Source of the DNA: Halarcobacter sp.
GTDB lineage: Bacteria; Campylobacterota; Campylobacteria; Campylobacterales; Arcobacteraceae
Direction: 5' to 3'
NCBI GenBank assembly: GCA_963676565.1
Contig: OY781089.1
Coordinates: 3,072,001-3,136,000, forward strand
DNA length: 64,000 nucleotides
Part shown: piece after piece, positions 21,718 to 30,796 of the stretch
Layout: each line of letters starts with the position of its first letter
Position numbering within the stretch: position 1 is the first letter of the stretch
The notes under the pieces: generated by a model
What the model saw: only the letters and a program-made list of their open reading frames with translations
What the model was told of the DNA's origin: nothing
The model's database searches: none
Position numbers and translations under genes: made by a program

Positions 21718-22773
21718 TTAAAGAGAAATTCTCTCTTTAATATCTAAACCAAAACCATTTATTCCAACAAATTCACCTTTTGTTTTTGTTGTTATTAAAT
21801 TTATCTCTTTTATTCCAAGTAGATTTAAAATTTGTGCACCTATTCCATACTCTCTTATCTCTTTCATTTTTTTAGAACTATTTGAAAGGAATACCAATAC
21901 ACCATTATTTTCTTGAAGATATTTTATACTTTTCATCAAATCTTCATATTTTTCACTTGAAGACAATAATTCAATATCAGACATGATATTATGAAATTTA
22001 ACATTAGTATTACTTTTTAATGTTCCAAAAGAGTAAACATAATGTGCCCTATTTTTATGATCTAAAAATCTATATTTATTTGCATTTTGCCCCAAAAAAG
22101 TCTCCATAGAATTATCTGTTATTTTAACTAATGACTCATTCATCATTCTATACTCTACAATATCTGAAATATAAACAATATTTAAATCATGCTCTTGGCA
22201 AAAGATATCCAAATCAGGTCGTCTTGCCATAGTTCCATCTTCTTTCATTATTTCACAAATTACAGAAGAACTTTGTATTCCTGCTAGATGACAAAGGTCT
22301 GTTGAACCTTCTGTATGACCTGTTCTAACTAGTACACCACCCTCTTTTGCAATAAGAGGAAAAATATGTCCAGGTCTAACTAAATCATCTTTTTTAGAAT
22401 ACTGATTAGAAAGAATTTTAATAGTCATATCTCTTTCATTTGCTGAAATACCTGTTACTGCATCTTTAGCATCAACGGAGATTGTAAAGGCAGTTTCATA
22501 AGAAGAATCGTTGTTTTTTACCATTGGAGCTAAATCTAATCTTTGTGCAATCTCTTTAGATAAGGCAACACAAATCAAACCCTTTGCATAGCTTGCCATG
22601 AAATTAACTTTTTGGGGAGTTGATGAATTTGCTGCGTAAACTAAGTCACCCTCATTTTCTCTATCTTCATCATCAACCATAACAACCATTTTCCCTTGTT
22701 TAATATCTTCTATTGCTTGGAATACTCTATTTATTGCTTCTATTGATTTGTTTTCATTTATTGTTGCATTCAT
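21718..22773 (-). CDS. ribB: DHBP synthase with degenerate C-terminal GTP cyclohydrolase II-like domain (RibB/RibBX), copy 1
   Basis: DDEDRENEGD, RPGHIFPL, RTGHTE, CEI; the C-domain lacks the Zn-binding cysteines. Confidence 0.92.
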   Translation of the reverse strand: MNATINENKSIEAINRVFQAIEDIKQGKMVVMVDDEDRENEGDLVYAANSSTPQKVNFMASYAKGLICVALSKEIAQRLDLAPMVKNNDSSYETAFTISVDAKDAVTGISANERDMTIKILSNQYSKKDDLVRPGHIFPLIAKEGGVLVRTGHTEGSTDLCHLAGIQSSSVICEIMKEDGTMARRPDLDIFCQEHDLNIVYISDIVEYRMMNESLVKITDNSMETFLGQNANKYRFLDHKNRAHYVYSFGTLKSNTNVKFHNIMSDIELLSSSEKYEDLMKSIKYLQENNGVLVFLSNSSKKMKEIREYGIGAQILNLLGIKEINLITTKTKGEFVGINGFGLDIKERISL

Positions 22774-22783
22774 CTTCTATCCT

Positions 22784-23347
22784 TTAAATCATATGCCCCA
22801 TAGATTCTTTTTTTGTTCTTAAATAATCTTCATTAAATTTATTTGAAGGCATTATTATTGGCCATCTTTTTACTATCTCTACACCTTCAAGTGATTCTAT
22901 TTTTTTTGGGTTATTTGTAAGAAGGTGAATTTTTTTAATATCAAAATATTCTAAGATATAATTTACTATTTCATAATTTCTCTCATCTTCTTGAAACCCC
23001 AATTGATGATTAGCTTCGATTGTATCTAATCCCTTATCTTGCAGTGCATAAGCATTTACTTTATTAAAAAGGCCAATATTTCTACCCTCTTGTCTTAAAT
23101 AAATCACCATACCACCTGAATCACCTATATTTGCCAAAGCATATTCCAATTGTTCGCCACAATCACATTTTAATGACCCTAGTGAATCTCCTGTTAAACA
23201 CTCACTATGTATTCTAATCAATGGAATATCACCCAATGGTTCTTTAAAGATTACTAGATGTTCTTTTATTCCCTCTTGGAAAGATTGTATTTTAAACTCC
23301 CCAAACTTTGTAGGTAAATTTGCTACATTTGATATATGTATTCTCAT
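22784..23347 (-). CDS. ribA: GTP cyclohydrolase II, copy 1
   Basis: [35 protein letters not shown]. Confidence 0.96.
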   Translation of the reverse strand: MRIHISNVANLPTKFGEFKIQSFQEGIKEHLVIFKEPLGDIPLIRIHSECLTGDSLGSLKCDCGEQLEYALANIGDSGGMVIYLRQEGRNIGLFNKVNAYALQDKGLDTIEANHQLGFQEDERNYEIVNYILEYFDIKKIHLLTNNPKKIESLEGVEIVKRWPIIMPSNKFNEDYLRTKKESMGHMI

Positions 23348-23361
23348 AACCTATCCTTTAT

Positions 23362-23426
23362 CCTACTTTTTAAAAAAGCTTCAAAAAACTCTTTTAAAAA
23401 GTAGGTTCTGCAAAAAATGCAGAACC
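23362..23426 (-). repeat. Double-hairpin intra-operon element, copy A
   Basis: CCTACTTTTTAAAA / TTTTAAAAAGTAGG overlapping by 2 nt with GGTTCTGCA / TGCAGAACC. Confidence 0.7.
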
Positions 23427-23432
23427 ATTTTT

Positions 23433-24755
23433 TTAAAATTTATATGTTAAATATAACTTAGCAATATTCATGGTGTCATCATTTCCAGTTGCATTGCTAT
23501 CATCTAAATCAACGTGAGCTAATTGTAATCTTGCAGATAAGTCTTTTGTGATTTTATATCTTAAGTCTGCTTGGATTTCAGATGCTCCATCCATATCTAC
23601 TCCTGATACTACTTGACCCTTATCACTTTGAGAATATCTTGAATATGCAAATAGTGTAAATACTCCAGGGATTAACTTAGGAATAACCATAGCTGAAATA
23701 GAGCTTTGACCTGCATAAATATTATCAGTAAACATTTGTCCACCATTATATTTAAAAAAATGTGGTGTATGCCCTAATGCTCCTAAGAAAGAGTTATCAT
23801 CAGATACTTTTGTGTAAGCTAATTTAAATGCTGTATCAAATACTTTACCACCTAGTTTTACACCATACAATGTTGTTTCACCTTTTCCACCATTTGTTGT
23901 TTCATTTGTTGCTCCAATTGCTACATCACCATCATAATCTGTTCCTGCATAATATGCTCCAATTGATAAAGGCATATCTACTGGTAATTTATAATCACCT
24001 TGTACAAAATATGTAGAATATGAATCATTTGTTGCTCTTGGTGCATTTCTTGGATTTCCTATATCATCTCTAACTGCTAAATATTGACCTTCTAATGTTA
24101 AATTTGGAATAGAAGTATTTTTTATATATAAAGATAGAGTTGGATCATCAAAAGTTGTTACATGAGATAATCCATTTGATGCAAATTCACTTGAAGCTCT
24201 ATATCTTTCAATCCATTTTTTAATTCCATAAAATCTTATTTCAGTATTACTAAGATCTTTTGAAACAACAGATAAAGCTTCAAATGTATCTTTCATAGGG
24301 TTTGCATTTGAAACTGCAATTAAAGGAGTAACAATACCTTGTCTACCAACTTTAAATTCAGTTTGTGCAATATTATATTGTAAGTTTGCAATATATAACA
24401 TAGAACCATCAGCAGTAATTCTTCCATCATTTTCTGTAGCAAAACCATTTGGTCCACTTGAAACTACTCCGCTATCATTTTCTATATTAAAACTATGCCC
24501 ATGTTGGAAACCAACATTTACTTTAAATCCATAATAAGCTCCAGTTGAATAGTTTAATTGTAAAGCTACAGCTGAAGAGTTTGCATTTCTAAATGGTCCA
24601 ACTAATGTAGAATCAACATTTGAAGCCATTTCTGTAAAAAGTCTAACCTCCCCTGAAACCTTACCATTAGTTAAAGCTTCAGCTAATGAATCACTTGCAA
24701 AAATTTGTGAATTTAATGCAAGGATAGCCATTAAAGACAACGTTCTTAATTTCAT
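23433..24755 (-). CDS. Outer-membrane porin (OprD-like, Campylobacterota type)
   Basis: Signal peptide, L.EAL.NGKVSGEVR start, KVGRQ.I.TP, alternating beta-strands, C-terminal YKF. Confidence 0.85.
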   Translation of the reverse strand: MKLRTLSLMAILALNSQIFASDSLAEALTNGKVSGEVRLFTEMASNVDSTLVGPFRNANSSAVALQLNYSTGAYYGFKVNVGFQHGHSFNIENDSGVVSSGPNGFATENDGRITADGSMLYIANLQYNIAQTEFKVGRQGIVTPLIAVSNANPMKDTFEALSVVSKDLSNTEIRFYGIKKWIERYRASSEFASNGLSHVTTFDDPTLSLYIKNTSIPNLTLEGQYLAVRDDIGNPRNAPRATNDSYSTYFVQGDYKLPVDMPLSIGAYYAGTDYDGDVAIGATNETTNGGKGETTLYGVKLGGKVFDTAFKLAYTKVSDDNSFLGALGHTPHFFKYNGGQMFTDNIYAGQSSISAMVIPKLIPGVFTLFAYSRYSQSDKGQVVSGVDMDGASEIQADLRYKITKDLSARLQLAHVDLDDSNATGNDDTMNIAKLYLTYKF

Positions 24756-24850
24756 TTTTTATCCTTATGCAATTAAAAACTTAGTTATTTAAAAAGTTAT
24801 TATATTATGCGAATACTTCAAACACTAAGTTTAATAAAAAAAGGTATTTT

Positions 24851-25507
24851 CTAGTATTTTACTAGTTGATACCCTTCGCCTTTTTTTGTTTGTATTAAAT
24901 CAATTGGAAGTTTATGTCTCAACTCCCTAATAATTGATCTAATTCTTTCATGGGGAACAATCTCATTTTGATAAACATAATAAATTATTTCATCAAAAGT
25001 AACAATAGTAGGAGATTTAATAAAAAGGATTTTCAACATCATTGCTTCTTTTCTACCTAAATGAATCCTTTCTTCATGATGAACAAATATTGATTTTTTA
25101 AAATCATAAAAAGTATCATGGTTTATGAAAAAAACATCATCATTCCATAAATTACATAATTTATAAATTCTAAAAACTATCTCTTCTGGAAAAAAATCTT
25201 TAACTATTACATCATTATAAGAAAGGTAATAAATCACTTTAAACATTCGAGGTCGAATATCTTTTTCACAAATGAGAAGTATTGGAGCATCATTTCCATT
25301 TTCTCTAATAAATCTCATTATGTTAATATTTAATGGCTCTTTTAAATTCAAAACAAAGATTGAACACTCTTCTAAAAAAGCAACATCATCATAAACTTCT
25401 ACCTCTTTATGTATAACTTTTGCTTCAAGGGTAACTCTTGTCGCATCTATACATTCGACAATCGCATTAGCAAGTTTTTTATCTGGTTCGAGAAGAAGCA
25501 TTTTCAT
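24851..25507 (-). CDS. OmpR-family regulator with atypical (pseudo-)receiver domain
   Basis: C-terminal winged helix (R.IIRELR.KL, T..GEGY); receiver reads EPD, and VLNL where the phosphoacceptor Asp is expected. Confidence 0.78.
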   Translation of the reverse strand: MKMLLLEPDKKLANAIVECIDATRVTLEAKVIHKEVEVYDDVAFLEECSIFVLNLKEPLNINIMRFIRENGNDAPILLICEKDIRPRMFKVIYYLSYNDVIVKDFFPEEIVFRIYKLCNLWNDDVFFINHDTFYDFKKSIFVHHEERIHLGRKEAMMLKILFIKSPTIVTFDEIIYYVYQNEIVPHERIRSIIRELRHKLPIDLIQTKKGEGYQLVKY

Positions 25508-25509
25508 AT

Positions 25510-26124
25510 TTATTTCCTATCTAATTTCTCATCAAGTAGTTTTTCTAGCTCTTTTCTTTCTTTTTCTAATTTGCCTTCATAATATTCATACTCAGGTTTA
25601 TAGTAGTTAAGAGCACTTCTTAATCCTGTGTGACCAATTTCTACGTGACATGAGGCACAACTAATCTCTTTATTTGTTCCAATTAAGCTATCATAGTGTT
25701 TGTGTAGTTTCTGTGCCATTTTACTATATTTTTCATTTGAATTATATGTTGTATGACAGCTGATACATCCTTCATCGTAAACAAAATGAGCTCTTTTTTC
25801 TCTATTTTTTTGCCAATCAATTTTTTCTGGTTCACCAAAAAAATGAATAACTCCTTCTAATACACCATTTCTAGCTTTTGTATAGATATAAGCAGCCAAA
25901 GAATCATGTGGTAAGTGACACTCTACACATTTAACTTTAATACCAGTATGACCTGCTCCACCATGCACATCATTTTGATAAGCAGCAACCATAGGATCCA
26001 TCTCATGACATACTGAACAAAACTTATCATTACTTGTTCTATGTAAACCTTCATAAGTAGCAAGAGCAATAAGTAAACCAACAAATACACCAATAAAACC
26101 AAATAAAACTATATTCTTTTTCAT
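25510..26124 (-). CDS. NapC/NirT-family tetraheme quinol dehydrogenase (FccC-like), copy 1
   Basis: N-terminal TM; CSVCH, CVECH, CISCH, CASCH; start placed at the ATGA overlap at 26124. Confidence 0.92.
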   Translation of the reverse strand: MKKNIVLFGFIGVFVGLLIALATYEGLHRTSNDKFCSVCHEMDPMVAAYQNDVHGGAGHTGIKVKCVECHLPHDSLAAYIYTKARNGVLEGVIHFFGEPEKIDWQKNREKRAHFVYDEGCISCHTTYNSNEKYSKMAQKLHKHYDSLIGTNKEISCASCHVEIGHTGLRSALNYYKPEYEYYEGKLEKERKELEKLLDEKLDRK

Positions 26125-26561
26125 GGTGTATCCTTCATCCAAAGTTTAATATCATGTTCATGACACTCAATACACATATTTCTAGATGGTTCGTGTTCCA
26201 TATGACACTCATCACAAAATAAAACAGGTCCATCATGAATAGAATTATGAGGATTTACATGAAGTATATTCATAAACTCTAACCTTTTTGCCATAAACTC
26301 TTTTGATTTATGACATGACAGACATCCTTCATCTCCTGGAGCAGAGAATTGTTTTGGATCATCTCCTTGCCCCTCATGACAAAATACACATTCAAATGAT
26401 AATTCTGCATGATGAGATTTGACGGGGAACTCTTTTTTTACTTCCTCTGAAACAACAACTTTCTTTTCAGGAGGCGCTTGTTTAGCACCTCCATATAATA
26501 ATATTGCACTTAAAGATAAAAGAGTTCCAATAACTAAAACATCTTTAATTCTTTTTTTCAT
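26121..26561 (-). CDS. Small tetraheme cytochrome c (FccB-like), copy 1
   Basis: Signal/anchor; CVFCH, CLSCH, CDECH, CIECH; NPH.S.H. Confidence 0.92.
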   Translation of the reverse strand: MKKRIKDVLVIGTLLSLSAILLYGGAKQAPPEKKVVVSEEVKKEFPVKSHHAELSFECVFCHEGQGDDPKQFSAPGDEGCLSCHKSKEFMAKRLEFMNILHVNPHNSIHDGPVLFCDECHMEHEPSRNMCIECHEHDIKLWMKDTP

Positions 26562-26563
26562 GA

Positions 26564-28120
26564 CTATATATTTTCTCCAGCTATCATACCAAATGTTAAG
26601 CAGTCTGTAACTGCAACTGTACCAAGTCTACTTGCACCATGAGTACCACCAGTAACCTCACCTGCTGCATATAATCCAGGAATTGGTTCATGTGTTTCAG
26701 ATGAAATAACTTGTGCCTTAGTATTGATTTTCAATCCACCCATAGTATGGTGTGGTTTTGGCATAAGTCTAACTGCATAATAAGGACCTTTATCTTCAAC
26801 TCCTTGACCATTAAATGCTTTAACAGGTTTACCAAACTCATCAACACCTTTTTTAACACCATCATTATATTTTTTAATACTTTCTTTTAATGGTTTTAAT
26901 GGGATACCATAAGCTTTAGCCAACTCATCTAAAGTTTCATATTTTTTCATAACTTCAGATTGAAGTGCTTTTTCTAATAATGGGATTAATTGTTCAGAGA
27001 ATGTATTATATGTACCAAGAGCAACAGGATAAGCATCAGCTTTTTCATGTAAAATAACATATTCAGCATCAGCTCGTGTTTTTCTATCAGCAAGCTCATT
27101 CATAAATCTTTTACCATTTCTAACATCTACAGCCATACCATATTTAAATAAACCTTGTTGAGTCATAAGTGGGGCAATTCCAAATCCTCTCTCATCAGGG
27201 CTTGCCCATGGTCCTTGTTGAATCCATCCAATATGAATTGGCATAGCACCAATTTTAAATGCTTCTAATAAAGCTCCTGCAGTTGCACCTTTGTGGTTTG
27301 TTGCATCTTGATCAACACCTAATCTTGGATCTTGAAGTTTTCTATAATATTTATCTGCAGCAAAACCACCAGCAGCTAAAACAACACCTTTTTTAGCACC
27401 ATATGCAATAGGAGTACCAGTTTTATTATCTTTATCATCACTTAATAATTTGTCATCAAATCTATATCCAGTTCTTGCTGTAATACCTACAACCCTTCCA
27501 TTATCATCTAAAACAAATTGATCAAATTTAGTACGTCTAACTATTTTACAACCAGGAAGATTTTGTACGAATTTAGTCATTGGTTTAATTACACCTGAAC
27601 CACTCATATTTTCAGTAACAATAGTTCTAGCAACTGAGTGTCCACCAAACCATGCAGGTTTAACATCTTGCCATTTAGCTCCACATTCAACTGAGAAGTT
27701 AAATGCATCGAATGCCCTATTTGCAATTGTTTCAAGTAGTTCAACATGATTAATTCCAAGACCAGCTTTTAGACAATCTTTGATAAATAACTCATTAGAA
27801 TCTTTGATTCCATGCTTTTTTTGTAGATGGTTATTTGGTACAGCCATACCACCACCATTAATAACAGAGTTACCACCAATTCTACCCATTTTTTCAACGA
27901 TTAATACAGATAATCCTCTTTGAGCAGCTTTAGCAGCAGCAGCTAATCCAGCAAACCCTGTTCCTATAACTATTACATCATATGTTTCATCAAATTTAAC
28001 ATCTTTTGCTTTAGGTGTTTCAGATGCCATTGCATTTACTCCACCAAACATTGCTAAACCTGCAGCACCTAATGCACCCATTCTTAAAGCTTGTCTTCTT
28101 GAAATGTTTTCAGTTTTCAT
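26564..28120 (-). CDS. Tat-exported flavocytochrome c flavoprotein subunit (FccA-like enoate reductase), copy 1
   Basis: SRRQAL Tat motif, GTGFAG, GGNS, GGHS..R, RFMNE, HHTMGG, LYAAGE..GG.HGASRLG. Confidence 0.92.
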   Translation of the reverse strand: MKTENISRRQALRMGALGAAGLAMFGGVNAMASETPKAKDVKFDETYDVIVIGTGFAGLAAAAKAAQRGLSVLIVEKMGRIGGNSVINGGGMAVPNNHLQKKHGIKDSNELFIKDCLKAGLGINHVELLETIANRAFDAFNFSVECGAKWQDVKPAWFGGHSVARTIVTENMSGSGVIKPMTKFVQNLPGCKIVRRTKFDQFVLDDNGRVVGITARTGYRFDDKLLSDDKDNKTGTPIAYGAKKGVVLAAGGFAADKYYRKLQDPRLGVDQDATNHKGATAGALLEAFKIGAMPIHIGWIQQGPWASPDERGFGIAPLMTQQGLFKYGMAVDVRNGKRFMNELADRKTRADAEYVILHEKADAYPVALGTYNTFSEQLIPLLEKALQSEVMKKYETLDELAKAYGIPLKPLKESIKKYNDGVKKGVDEFGKPVKAFNGQGVEDKGPYYAVRLMPKPHHTMGGLKINTKAQVISSETHEPIPGLYAAGEVTGGTHGASRLGTVAVTDCLTFGMIAGENI

Positions 28121-28177
28121 TTCTCTCTCCTTTAAATTTAATTTAAAAAACTAGTTGTTTTTTTTAAACTTAATGAA

Positions 28178-28230
28178 ATTTTAACAATCTTTTGTGAGAT
28201 TTTTTGTGAGAAATGAATAAGTATTCATTT
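28178..28230 (-). promoter_or_regulatory. fccA1 promoter region: extended -10, direct repeat and palindromic operator
   Basis: TGTTAAAAT on the minus strand at 28178-28186; TTTTGTGAGA at 28190 and 28202; AAATGAATA-AG-TATTCATTT at 28211-28230. Confidence 0.6.
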
Positions 28231-28299
28231 ATTTGGTTATTTTTTTGTTAGATTATTCTGCTAGGAATTTTTTATATATAGAATCTCTATATGTTAAGA

Positions 28300-29781
28300 T
28301 TATTTTGTTGAATAAGTTAAAAAGTTTTCAACAAAATAAACTTTACATTTAATAGAGTAATTATCATAAAGTTTTACTTCTATTTCTTTTATAAATTTTA
28401 CATTTTCAAACTCACCATCCTTAAACTGGGGCTTATCTGTTCTTGTAATATAAAGAAATTTTCCTTTTAGTGGTTTATTATCAATATTATTAAACATATG
28501 ATAGTGATTTGTAACTACACCTTCTGGGTTATAAATTAAAGAATCAAAAGGATGCGGTTTCATATAAAATATCATCTCAGACATAATCTTTCTATCTTCA
28601 AATATCAATCTATAATTGTATTTTTTTCTTATATTGTCTAAGTTTTTTGCAACTTGTTCCCACCCACTAATTCTCTTATAAGGATCATTTTTCTTTGTTA
28701 ATTCCACACCAAAGGTATTCATTATTGGATGATAAAAGTATAATATTAAAGCTAATAATATATTTAAAGCTAAAGAGATTTTAACAAGTTTAATCTTTCC
28801 ATTCTTTATTAAAAAGGCAACAACTAATATAGTCCCAGCAACATAAACAGGAGCACTCCAATTTGCAAAGGCACGAGAGAGTAAACTAAGTGTTGTAATA
28901 AATAAAAAATATGGAATTACAAAAAGATATAAAAACTTTAAGGATTTATCTGAAAATATTGTTTTAAATTTAAACAATAAAAACAACATAACAGGGAATA
29001 AAACTAAGCCAAAAACACCTAATTGCGATCCTAAGAACTCAAGCATCTTATCAAAATGGAAAAGATCTTTTTCAACTTGAGATATCTCTTTTGTATGAGC
29101 AAAACTTATAAAGTCATGGGTAAATTGCCAATAAAGATTTGGTATAAAAACAATAAATGCAACTACAATTGAGATATAAAAATCTATCTTTTTAAAAACC
29201 TTTCTATAGTTTTTATCTAAAATTAAAACTAGCATTGCTGAGACTAGGAAAAATACCATATTGTATTTACTTAGCATCCCACAACCCGCAAAAAAACCAG
29301 CTAATAACCAATATTTTCTTTGTTCTTCATCTATTGCTTTTAGGAAGAAATAGATTGATAAAGACCAAAATAACAGTAATACAACATCTGTTGATATTAT
29401 AATTGATGACATAGATATGGCTGGAAGAGTAAGAAAAGATAATGCACTATAAAAGGCTATTTTATTATCATTAAAAAGCCTTATTGTAATTAAATATATA
29501 ATAGAAGAGGTTAAAGGGTATACAAATATTGAGCCTATTTTTGTAGCTATCTCTCCATCACCAAATATTGATGTTGTAATCATTATGAGCCAAGCTATCA
29601 TTGGAGGCTTTGAGAAATACCCTAATTCAAAACTTTGAGCCCACCCCCAATAATAAACCTCATCAATATATAAACCATAATCTTTCATTAAGAAATATAA
29701 AACACCAAGTCTAAAAAGTTGAATAAAAATAGCTATTATTAAAAAGTTTTTTAAAGAATAAAAATTTGTAGTATTTGTCAT
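28300..29781 (-). CDS. ArnT/PMT-family (GT-C) membrane glycosyltransferase
   Basis: DE.YYW.W, KPPMIAW, TD..LL, LSKY; polytopic. Confidence 0.88.
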   Translation of the reverse strand: MTNTTNFYSLKNFLIIAIFIQLFRLGVLYFLMKDYGLYIDEVYYWGWAQSFELGYFSKPPMIAWLIMITTSIFGDGEIATKIGSIFVYPLTSSIIYLITIRLFNDNKIAFYSALSFLTLPAISMSSIIISTDVVLLLFWSLSIYFFLKAIDEEQRKYWLLAGFFAGCGMLSKYNMVFFLVSAMLVLILDKNYRKVFKKIDFYISIVVAFIVFIPNLYWQFTHDFISFAHTKEISQVEKDLFHFDKMLEFLGSQLGVFGLVLFPVMLFLLFKFKTIFSDKSLKFLYLFVIPYFLFITTLSLLSRAFANWSAPVYVAGTILVVAFLIKNGKIKLVKISLALNILLALILYFYHPIMNTFGVELTKKNDPYKRISGWEQVAKNLDNIRKKYNYRLIFEDRKIMSEMIFYMKPHPFDSLIYNPEGVVTNHYHMFNNIDNKPLKGKFLYITRTDKPQFKDGEFENVKFIKEIEVKLYDNYSIKCKVYFVENFLTYSTK

Positions 29782-29860
29782 TGTTTCGCTTTAATATGAA
29801 ATGGCGATATTTTATCGATTTTTTACTATAATTGCCATAAAATTTACCCAAAGGCGTTTA

Positions 29861-30796
29861 ATGAAACTCTCAGTAGTAATACCTGTAATGGATGAAGAAG
29901 ACAATATCCAACCACTTATTGAACAAGTTGATGTTGCTTTAAAAGATATTGAATATGAATTAATTTTAGTTGATGATGGTTCTTCAGATAGAACAATAGA
30001 ATTGATTGAAAAATATGCACTAAAAAATACTAAACTTTTAGAGTTTAATAGAAATTATGGACAAACAACTGCAATGGCTGCTGGTATTGATGAAGCAAAA
30101 GGTGAACTGATAGTAACTTTAGATGGAGACTTACAAAATGACCCATCAGATATTCCAATGATGATAGAACTACTTGAAAATGGTGGGTATGATGTAGTTG
30201 CAGGGATTAGAGCAAAAAGAAAAGATGGGATGTTTTTAAGAAAAATTCCAAGTAAAATTGCAAACTGGCTAATTAGAAAATGGACTGGAGTTTATCTAAG
30301 TGATTATGGATGTACATTAAAAGTATTTAAAAATGATGTAGCAAAAAACCTTGGACTATATGGAGAACTTCATAGATTTATCCCTGTTTTAGCAAAACTT
30401 TATGGTGCAAAGATGACTGAAATTGATGTGAAGCACCATGCAAGGATCCATGGGGAATCTAAATATGGGATAGGAAGAACTTTTAAAGTATTTAGTGACC
30501 TTTTACTAATGGTGTTTTTCCAAAAATACAATACAAAACCCATGCATCTTTTTGGAACATTAGGTGGTATCTCTTTTGCTGTTGGTATGATTATAAATTT
30601 CTATTTATTTATAATCAAACTTTTAGGGGAAGATATTGGTACAAGACCATTATTTACTGTAGGAGTTACATTATCTTTAATTGGTGTTCAATTAATTACA
30701 ACAGGTTTCCTTGCAGAGATTTTAATGAGAACATATTATGAGTCGCAAAATAAAAAACCATATGTAATCAAACGTAGATTTGAAAAAGAAGACTAA
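29861..30796 (+). CDS. GT2 polyprenol-phosphate glycosyltransferase (ArnC/GtrB-like)
   Basis: LSVVIP..DE, VDDGS.D, RNYGQ, DGDLQ.DP, H..R..G.SKY, two C-terminal TMs; start placed at ATG 29861 (AAGG RBS). Confidence 0.92.
   Translation: MKLSVVIPVMDEEDNIQPLIEQVDVALKDIEYELILVDDGSSDRTIELIEKYALKNTKLLEFNRNYGQTTAMAAGIDEAKGELIVTLDGDLQNDPSDIPMMIELLENGGYDVVAGIRAKRKDGMFLRKIPSKIANWLIRKWTGVYLSDYGCTLKVFKNDVAKNLGLYGELHRFIPVLAKLYGAKMTEIDVKHHARIHGESKYGIGRTFKVFSDLLLMVFFQKYNTKPMHLFGTLGGISFAVGMIINFYLFIIKLLGEDIGTRPLFTVGVTLSLIGVQLITTGFLAEILMRTYYESQNKKPYVIKRRFEKED

Noticed and set aside
23348..23432. FMN riboswitch upstream of either ribA-ribB pair
   Set aside because: The spacers are short, AT-rich and lack the conserved FMN-riboswitch sequence blocks.
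26564..28120. Calling the two flavoproteins fumarate reductases
   Set aside because: Both have Q-x-G-P instead of the Q-x-H-P dicarboxylate-binding motif, and the gene context fits FccABC-type enoate reductases.
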